Assembly (NCBI GenBank): GCA_900128565.1
Contig: LT635938.1
Location: 1-39,071 of the forward strand
DNA: 39,071 bases
Source of the DNA: Stramenopiles sp. TOSAG23-6
Lineage: Eukaryota
Reading direction: 5' to 3'
Positions 11,655-19,963 of this stretch are shown in pieces; the stretch's first letter is position 1; each line of letters opens with the position of its first letter. A program made the position numbers and the translations under genes. The notes beneath the pieces were generated by a model that worked only from the letters and a program-made list of their open reading frames with translations, was not told where the DNA came from and ran no database searches.

Positions 11655-14522
11655 ATGTGGTATCTAGAGAGCACTGCGAATGCTACGACTGTGTCACAAT
11701 TTTGGTTGGTAGCAGGTAGGCACACGGTGGGCCGAAAGGGAGCAATTGCGTTGGTTAACGACAAGTCTGTTAGTCGTCATCACGCGACGGTTATAGTAGC
11801 TGTTTCATTTGACTGTAAAGACGAACAATCAATTCCAAGTATTCAAATAGAAGATAAATCCAAATTTGGTACAAGTGTAAATGGAGAACGTCTCCAAAAA
11901 GGAGAAACTTACAATCTTTGTGACGGAAGCCTCATCGAGTTTGGCGTTTCGAAGTCTGTGTTTGTATTACGTTGGAAGCCGCTTTTATTATGTGTTTCTC
12001 GTGCAGACAAAGCATCTAAAAAGAGAGTTAAAGTTTTAGCAATGAAAATCGGTGCTCATATCACAAGCGTTTGGTGCAGTCGTTGTACTCATCTGGTTCT
12101 CTGTGGTACATTTGCGATAACGTTCAAAGTAATTTGGGCTCTTCTTCAAAGCAAACCGATTATTACACCTAGATGGCTCAGCGATGTCGCGGGAGGTCAA
12201 CCTACATCGATGAGTAATGGCACAGTACATAAATTACGCACGACTTTACCTCAAATACAATCTTATCTTCCTGAAGGTCAGGAGTCGTATACTTGTCAAC
12301 TATTACCAAATTCTCAGAGAAATCAAATGTTTCAAGGTTTTACTTTTATTTTCACTCATCCTTCAGACTATTCAGATATTGTCGAAGCTGGTCAGGCGCA
12401 AACTATTCGGTTGTTTTTATCTACTGTTGAATGCACAGATGATGATTTTCAAAAGTGGTCTAAAAATGATACATGCTTTGTGTACATTTAAAAAATTGAA
12501 TGTTTTACATAAATTATTTTTCGTACGAAAATTTGTGCCTAACAAAAACAATTAAATTAAAATATTTTTTTCACAATACATGGTTGAACCTATCCAAGGT
12601 CTAGTTCATAGATCCTCACAAATTTCATCCATAACACAGGCTAGTCAAGTATTTGGTGTATCTCATTCTAAAGGGCATTTAAATACATTTTGTTCAGATT
12701 TTATTCAGACTGAGAATTTTAATAGAGCTTCAGAAGCAGGAATTGGTGTATTTTCAGAAGGCGATTTCCCAAAGTGTATACTACAAATGATTACCCCAAT
12801 TAAAAAAAACGTAGAAAAAACTGTACACCAAGAGATTATATATGAAAATCCTGTAGGAAAAATGAATAATGAAAAATCCAAAAATGTATCTGTCATGAAT
12901 GCTTGTCGTGTAAATGTAGATAATAAAATAATTCAACAAGTAGAAGATAAAATAATTCAACAAGTAGATAATAAAATAATTCAACAAGTAGAAGAAATCA
13001 ATAATTGCGAAGCGAGTACATCCGTAGACAAACCTAACACACATAATACTACAGTGAAAACTTCATCGAAGAAAGATATTTTGTCGTCTTCGACAAAACA
13101 AATAACAAGAAGTGCAAGGAAGAAACGATGTGGGAGGAATGGACGCCGAGTCGGTCATATTGGTAAGAGAAAACCTATTGAAGTATTTACAAATGATAAT
13201 AAAAGCGATGTAAACGATGTGCAAAATAGTGCAGAGGACAAAGAGAGTGATAAAATTGTGAAGGAGTGTGTTGAAAGTACCAAAGTTGATTGTGGCAATG
13301 ATGAAGTTGTACCATCACTAGTACAAGATAATGAAGTTATACCATCACTAGTACAAAATAATGAAGTTATACCATCACTAGTTCAAGATAATGAAGTTAT
13401 ACCACCACTAGTTCAAGATAATGTAGTTATACCACCACTAGTTCAAGATAATGAAGTTGTACCATCACTAATACAAGATAATGAAGTTATACCACAACTA
13501 GTAATTGATAGCAATAAAAATAAATCTGCATGTCGTTGGCAAACAAAAAAGCGTCATCGAAATGAAATAGGAAATAAAAGTGAAAATTCTTCAAATGAAA
13601 ATGATTCTGATAATGACGGTTTCATTTCAAAAAAGAGGAAAACTCAATCATCATCATCACAAAAAAAAGGAGGCGACATTCTTGTCGGCGACTTGGAAGA
13701 AATAGATACTCTAAACCCGAGTAATGTTGATAATAGTAGTAATGCGTTTATACCTCCAAATGAGCGAAGACATGTATGTTTTATTTTTTTTTCAATTTCG
13801 AATTTTTTTTCATACGAAATTTTGTACCTAACGATTTGTTTTTGAAATATTTTTCCAAAATACATTTGAACGAAAATGGTCCATGTTGGATCTCGGCAAT
13901 ACACAAAGAAAATACATCGAATAGTTTGAACAGTTTTGATGATGAAAAGAATGTAAAATATGCAAAAGTAATTCCACGACAAATTCATACAAATAATCAA
14001 ATACAATCTAATGATGAAAATGAGGGAAGTGCGATTAAATTTTCTCAGGATCATCGGAAAAATAGTGAGGACTCTGGTACTAATTTTAAAAAATTTCGGA
14101 AAAATTTTTACACAGTTTCTAAACAACATCACAGAGTTGCATTTTGTAGTCCAAGAGAATATGTTATACCTGGAAATGGTTCGGAAGCGTTGCAACGTCG
14201 TCGCAACCAATATGCACACGAGGAGATGCTTGAGCGTGAAGCTGAGGAGCTTTGGGTTTTTGATCAGAGGCAAGTGAAGAAAGCTCCATTATCAAAAGCA
14301 CAACAAGAAAAAGCAGAAAATGCAAAGTCTAAAGCAAAATCTAAAGCAAACGAAGCGAAACAAAACGCAAATGCAATTGATTGGCAACAATTGCGCCGTG
14401 ATGGTTTAGTTCAAAAACAAAAAGTTTCTGTTCTAAAAGCCTTCTTACGCAGCAGAAAGTTAAAAGTTGGAGGTCGGAAGGGTGAATTAGTCGAGAGAGT
14501 TTTAATTGAACTTGGGGGATAA
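11655..14522 (+). CDS. NBS1: Nibrin/NBS1 (FHA-BRCT, Mre11-binding motif) with C-terminal SAP-like domain; exons 11655-12481, 12582-13773, 13866-14522
   Basis: MWYL start, FHA (VGRK...DKSVSRHHA...DKSKFGTSVNG), BRCT (CTHLV...TFKVIWALL...PIITPRWL) and NFKKFRK. The three ORF pieces join in frame on removing two repeat inserts. Confidence 0.88.
12482..12581 (+). mobile_element. Introner-like intron, GT...AT, 100 nt (mirror 26456-26555)
   Basis: tgt|GTACAT...CGTACGAAAATTTGTGCCTAAC...AATATTTTTTTCACAATACAT|g; removal gives F-V-V-E in frame. Confidence 0.75.
12916..12996 (+). repeat. 24-bp coding tandem repeat, about 3 copies (VDNKIIQQ)
   Basis: gtagataataaaataattcaacaa units. Confidence 0.9.
13301..13503 (+). 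repeat. 30-bp coding minisatellite, about 7 copies (DNEVIPSLVQ)
   Basis: atgaagttataccatcactagtacaagata units with point variants. Confidence 0.93.
13774..13865 (+). mobile_element. Introner-like intron, GT...AT, 92 nt (mirror 25172-25263)
   Basis: acat|GTATGT...CATACGAAATTTTGTACCTAAC...AATATTTTTCCAAAATACAT|ttg; removal gives R-R-H-L-N-E. ACAT is duplicated at the borders. Confidence 0.82.
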
Positions 14523-14600
14523 GCTATTTCAAAATTTTCGCACATTTTTTTTTGTTTAGTTTATTTAGTTGCTACTATAAACTTTAATTTGACTAAGTCT

Positions 14601-16688
14601 TCATTGTTGAACTGCTTTAATATACACATCAGAGCACATCTCATTAGTAAAGGAAATCACTTTAAATGCTGGTTGAACTTCTGCTATCTTTAATAACCAT
14701 TCTTTACAAGCCCCACATGGATTTAAAGGGTTTGATGCAACTCTAATCGGATAGCCGTTATCTGCTATAGTGTCAGGAGCTTCTATTCCTTGTTCAAATA
14801 AAAATTTATTATAAGAATCACCACGTCGCCTAGATCTTCTACTCGTGGAAGAAGCATCATTTAAACAAGAATTGTGGTTACTATTTACTCCTATTTTTTT
14901 TTGGTGTATACAAGGGCTTTGACTACGACATGTAAAATTTAATGTTCTTTCGATTTTATTATCATCCTCATTTATTGCGTTTTTCCTTGAACTTGATATA
15001 TGATTTTGAGGTTTTGCCCTGTTTCGCTTCTTCTTGATTGGACTAGAAACTACAGGAATTTTTGGTAGTGATAACACTGCTATCATTTTTAAGTCTCTAC
15101 GCCTAAGGGTTAAATCAGAAGCAAGAGCAGTACCTATACAATTTCGTTCAGCACATAAACTACCAGTAGGCATTGATACCTCTAAATTAATTCCACAGTG
15201 AAATATTGGCTCTTTTTGGTTTTCTTTTTTTATCATCAAAACAGCTAACACGGGACTTCTCGTTTTTCGTAACCAGAAAGAAGATAACTCTGTTTCATAT
15301 TTTGTGTCTTTTGTATTTATTTTATTGACTTCTGATTTTGAAATATTTGATTCATTATCATTTGCCGAATTGTCATCATATACACGAGCACACATCATCT
15401 CTGGACCAAATTCAGTATCTGTAAAATTAGATTCCTCAACTTTTTCTTTTTTATTGTCTTTACCTTGGTGATCAAAACTTTTAAGAAATGACCTTTTGAA
15501 CTTTATGACTTCTTTTACAAGTCTTTGTACATCTCTTGATGTGTCACAGACACGTTGTGCAGGCTGCATTTCTAATTGCTCAAATGTCTCCCAACACAAC
15601 AAAGAGGGGCGTAGACGTTGAGACTGCCAGAAGGATTTTGGTTGCCAAAAATGAATATAATCTGGGCGAAAACGTCGTAAACCGGCAATGAGTGCGGAAG
15701 TGCGAGCAGGAGTTCCGTCAGTGACAGTAAGACAAAGATTAAAAAAATCTTTCCAGTCATCTAGAATTTCTGATGCGAGATACTCGCAATGTGCTTCAAT
15801 GTGTGGCTTCAAAACTGTACTAATAAATGCGCTATTTTGTCTGTATCTGAAGACTCCAGAACCACTGTTTAATGTAAATACTTCAATTTCAGGAAAAAAT
15901 GTCTGTACAAATACTTGTAGAATCATGGCAGAGCCTTCCGTTGAGTTTCCTTTTTCTTGATGATCAGGATTCCGTGGAGCACCAGATCCAGAAATTAAGT
16001 ACAGAATTTGTTTACTATTTGTAGGGTGAGCCATGGCTTTTCTCCACTTCGGAATAACCAGAGCAAGGAGTGGGAAAAATATATATATAAAATTAGGTGG
16101 AACATTTGCATCTATCAAACGCCCATCATTACGTACATGAAATTCGGACCAACCACCCAACTGTAAAGGTTTTTGTCCAAGTTTTGATCGAGACTCTTGC
16201 AAATTAAACCCAGCGATGACTCGTTGAGGTATTTCATTTTTGCTATTTAAACTATCTTCTGTGTTGTGCCAACCTTTTGTTTCTATTTCTCCAGGTTGTT
16301 TTTGTAATTGTGTGCGGGAGTTAGTGTCAGCTCCAAATGATAATGGGAATAATACTGGTTCCAAGCATCCTGCTACTTCTGCTTCTTTTGTAAAATAAAG
16401 TAGAGCTTCCATATGAGACATGAGACAGCTGAACTTTGATTTCATAAATATTTGCTGAGCAAAATCTGGATTTGTCTTACCGTCACCACGCTGTTCAATA
16501 TGGCGAGCATATTGAAAATTCTGACTCTTTGGACGAAAAGTATTCTGATGGGCACATAGTACAACATCACTATGAGATACATTATGAACTAAAATCTCTA
16601 AAGGTTTTGGACACGTCGAACTTGAGTTACTTTGTATATTTTTATTGTTCAATTCGTAGGCCTCGTCATTTCTCAACGAAATATCCAT
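14601..16688 (-). CDS. Cytidine-deaminase-domain protein with a large uncharacterised N-terminal region
   Basis: Zn-binding motifs GINLE...LCAERNCIG and NPCGACKEWL, separated by a low-complexity insert. First ATG at 16688. Confidence 0.8.
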   Translation of the reverse strand: MDISLRNDEAYELNNKNIQSNSSSTCPKPLEILVHNVSHSDVVLCAHQNTFRPKSQNFQYARHIEQRGDGKTNPDFAQQIFMKSKFSCLMSHMEALLYFTKEAEVAGCLEPVLFPLSFGADTNSRTQLQKQPGEIETKGWHNTEDSLNSKNEIPQRVIAGFNLQESRSKLGQKPLQLGGWSEFHVRNDGRLIDANVPPNFIYIFFPLLALVIPKWRKAMAHPTNSKQILYLISGSGAPRNPDHQEKGNSTEGSAMILQVFVQTFFPEIEVFTLNSGSGVFRYRQNSAFISTVLKPHIEAHCEYLASEILDDWKDFFNLCLTVTDGTPARTSALIAGLRRFRPDYIHFWQPKSFWQSQRLRPSLLCWETFEQLEMQPAQRVCDTSRDVQRLVKEVIKFKRSFLKSFDHQGKDNKKEKVEESNFTDTEFGPEMMCARVYDDNSANDNESNISKSEVNKINTKDTKYETELSSFWLRKTRSPVLAVLMIKKENQKEPIFHCGINLEVSMPTGSLCAERNCIGTALASDLTLRRRDLKMIAVLSLPKIPVVSSPIKKKRNRAKPQNHISSSRKNAINEDDNKIERTLNFTCRSQSPCIHQKKIGVNSNHNSCLNDASSTSRRSRRRGDSYNKFLFEQGIEAPDTIADNGYPIRVASNPLNPCGACKEWLLKIAEVQPAFKVISFTNEMCSDVYIKAVQQ

Positions 16689-16991
16689 GAGTGAATACAA
16701 AATGCACTAGTATGTGTTTGGAAAAAAATTGAGGCTTGAATAAATACAACCCTACGTAAATTCACAAGTTGATGCAACACAAACGCAAAACTAGAACAAA
16801 TAAACAGAAGGTTTTTCAGATCTGATATCTTTACTAGATCGATCTCGATCTTGTCTTTGGTGATATCTTGTGGAGAGAGACTTTGTTTGAAATTTAAATT
16901 GAAAACGAACGAACGTCAACCGCTTCGTTCGCCGATAATTTCAAATGATTCGCGTTGGATATTATCAGATATCAGGAGATTTCGTGTTTTA

Positions 16992-18076
16992 TCACAATTT
17001 TATTTTTTCATGAATTTTATAAATATTCTTCTCTATTTTGTTCATAGCTATTTCTGTAGCATTATACACTTCTTCTTGACTAAGCGATGCATCAATAGGA
17101 TACACTTTAGAATCGTCAATTTCTCTGAAAAGTTCGACTATTGGAAAAGTTTCTTTATAAAATGTGTTGAACCCTATGAAGTGAAAAAATATTTCAAACA
17201 TTTGAAATTCGTTAGGTACGAAATTTTGTATGAAAAAAAAAAAATGAAGTGGATAAACATACTTTTTCTAATTGATAAAATATTATCATCTTCTCTACCA
17301 CTGACTTTCCCTCTTTCTAATAGTCGCCTCTCTAATATCTTTTGATCGCATGTATAGTACAACATACCACTATATTTGATTGTAGGGTTAGGTGCAGTTT
17401 TTCCGACAGAATTTATAAAATTTTCATTTCTCAAAAGCTTCAGTTGATCAATCCAACCAACGAAATTATCCAAATTTCTTGGGAATCCATCCACCAGAAA
17501 GTTTTGTTTATCACTTTGTGCAATTTTTCGTTGAATCAATCGAACAGTCAATTCTGCAGGAACAATTGAGCCATCTTTAATACACTTGGAAATTAAAATG
17601 CCGTCTTGACTCTTGGGATTACATTGTTCTTCTCGTAAACAATCTCCGGCTGAAATGTGAGTAAACTTGGAATATTTTTTTTCTATCAATTTCGATTGAG
17701 TACCTTTTCCAGAACCAGGACCACCAAGTATGAAGACTACCGACTTAATGGGGTGTAAAGACTCTGTTTTAGTTAAGCTCTCCACATCAAAAAACCCTGA
17801 CATACTCAAGTTTTCTTTCATATGAGGTGAAAGCCAGGTAGTAAATTTTTGTGTTGAGCACTCTACATCAAAGAAACCTGACATACTCAAAGTTTCTTGA
17901 ATATGTGGTGAAAGCCAGGTAGTAAAACTTCGTACTTTAGCTGGATCGACATGAGCTTGGAATCTACAGAAACTTCCCGATAAAGATAAAACAGAAGAAC
18001 GTTGTGCGAGATAACTCGAATGAGGTTTCGGCCAGCGACTTAAGAAACGATTGAAGAAACGATTAAACGGCTGCAT
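16992..18076 (-). CDS. UMP-CMP kinase (adenylate kinase family) with N-terminal extension; exons 18076-17263, 17173-16992
   Basis: VFILGGPGSGKGTQS, HISAGDCLR, FLVDGFPRN and, after splicing, GREDDNILSIRK-RFNTF. Confidence 0.9.
17174..17262 (-). mobile_element. Introner-family intron with canonical GT-AG ends, 89 nt
   Basis: aaa|GTATGT...CATACAAAATTTCGTACCTAAC...AATATTTTTTCACTTCATAG|gg; restores the conserved K-R-F-N-T-F. Confidence 0.88.
17781..17926 (-). repeat. 81-bp-period coding duplication (FTTWLSPHxxExLSMSGFFDVE twice)
   Basis: Copies at 17781-17845 and 17862-17926. Confidence 0.9.
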
Positions 18077-18444
18077 AACAAAAGCTATAAATATTGATGC
18101 TGATATTCTACCTTTGTAAAGTTATGTGGAAGGTATTACGAAGCGTTCAAAAAAGTACAGTTTATGCAATATTCATGTAAAGTCGCACTTTTACAGTCAA
18201 AAGTCTCCAGAAAGTTCAAAAAGTAGTCAATTCAATTGACGACATCTGGATTTTGGACTGACTTGTACAACACGAATTCTGAGTTCCTACGAAAAATTTG
18301 CTACCCTTTAAGTAGGAAATTTTGTACCAAATACCATGGCCATCGAAAACCAGTAATATAAGTGGTTCCTGTGCAACCGGATAATACGTAGGTAATTTTG
18401 ACAGAACGACGACTTCACTTGTAAATTTCCGAATTTCGTCTTAA

Positions 18445-19678
18445 ATGGTACTTCATCCTGAATGCGATGACTATAATGATGACATAGAAGCAAGTAGAGT
18501 ACAAATATGTGACATTAAAGTTGAAAGCGGTACTGTACCACCAAATATACTAACCAAAGTAAGCAAAGAGCCATCATCGTGGCAAAAACAAAAAACAGGA
18601 TTATTACTTGGCACTATTGCAGTTCTATTGTTTTCTCCAGATGCTGTTGTTGTAAAGATAGGTTTAGAACACAATATTACTCCCTTCCAAGTAGCATATC
18701 TAAAATACTTTCCTTGTGTACTTGTCCTAGCGCTGGTGTCCTTGGGTTCTTTCATTTTAACCAAAGTCAAGTCAGCTGATAGTACTATAAACCCAATATC
18801 GAAGGAAACTAGTATTGATGTCAGCGTGAGACTAAAATACATTTTAATTGGTTCTTTGGCATGTTGCCTTACAAACATTTGTTTTACTCTGGCATTTTCA
18901 TATGCAACAGCAGCCGCTGTGCTATCAGTAAGTGCTCTTTCGCCTGTTTGGGCGTCACTTGGGGCGAAATATATTTTGGGTGAGAAGCTAGCAAAAATTA
19001 CCACGTTTGCATGCGTGGCTGTAGTATTAGGTATCATCGTGTCATCTAGCGGGTATTTTCTATTTGATGAAAAAGATGAAAATGAAAGTTTATACACTAT
19101 TTTGTTGGGAATAGGTCTAGGACTAGGAGCCGGCATTTCTGTAGCTGCATAGTATTTAAAATTTACTACAAGACAAATTCATAATAATTTAATCCTTTGA
19201 TAATCTCATGATTTACTCATTTATATTATACTTGACATATTACATGAACTACAGCGCTCTAATTTTACGATATGCGTACACACGATATCCAGGAATCAAT
19301 ATGACGAGTACACCTATTATTGGGTTAGGCTTCTCAGGAATTTTAGCTTTCATCGTTTCGTACTTCATCCAACGACCTGGACTTAACTTTGAGGGCGACT
19401 TATTCGGCACTTTAGTGGTTGGTATTGATGGACTCTTGCTTTTGCCACCAGCATTTCTTTGTTATACATCAGCTCCGAAATTCATTGATCCTGCCGTGGT
19501 AGGTGTTTTAATGCAACTCGAAGCAGTCTTTGGACCTTTACTTGCCTTTTTCATTATTAATGAAAAAGCCAAAATTACGACGATTGTTGGAGGTTCAATT
19601 ATCATATTAACGGTAATAGCACACGAAATTGCAAGAATGCCATCAATGAAAAGAACTTGGATCGGTCAATTCGGATAA
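18445..19678 (+). CDS. EamA/DMT-family transporter; exons 18445-19151, 19255-19678
   Basis: About 10 hydrophobic segments with the paired motifs LSPVWASLGAKYILGEK and LEAVFGPLLAFFIINEK. Confidence 0.85.
19152..19254 (+). other. Conventional GT-AG spliceosomal intron, 103 nt, unrelated to the repeat family
   Basis: ta|GTATTT...CTTGAC...CTACAG|c joins V-A-A-Y-A-L-I-L in frame; lacks the family motif. Confidence 0.82.
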
Positions 19679-19963
19679 TAATGTAATCCAACATTTTATG
19701 TATAATGAGCAAGATAATAAAAAACAAACATGTAGTATGATTTTTTTTTTTTTATTTCGTGTTTTATACAGTTTCAAAAAGTAACGATTTTTATTTGTTA
19801 TTTTGCTATATTTCTCAAAATAATATACCGAGTGTTTGACAAAAAACAGTGTGAGTGATGAGTATTCTTTTGGATTATCATTAAAATGTTGTTGTGAAGT
19901 TAGGTAAATATTAGGACACATTTACTAACTTAGGATTTTCTTCAGTCCCAATTAGTTGGGAAA

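Larger units (their letters stand above)
1..16115. repeat. Left arm of a ~16.1 kb inverted repeat (mirror of 22922..39071)
   Basis: Every ORF recurs on the opposite strand with an identical translation. Coordinate pairs sum to 39037 (e.g. 3730+35307) or 39072 (191+38881), which implies one 35-nt indel near 1600/37440. Confidence 0.98.

Noticed and set aside
12486-12579. Classical U12-type AT-AC introns
   Set aside because: Several copies can be slid to AT...AC, but none has ATATCCTT or a TCCTTAAC close to the 3' end. The AT-AC register inserts residues or loses the conserved Pro in LMF, and does not fit the UMP kinase copy.
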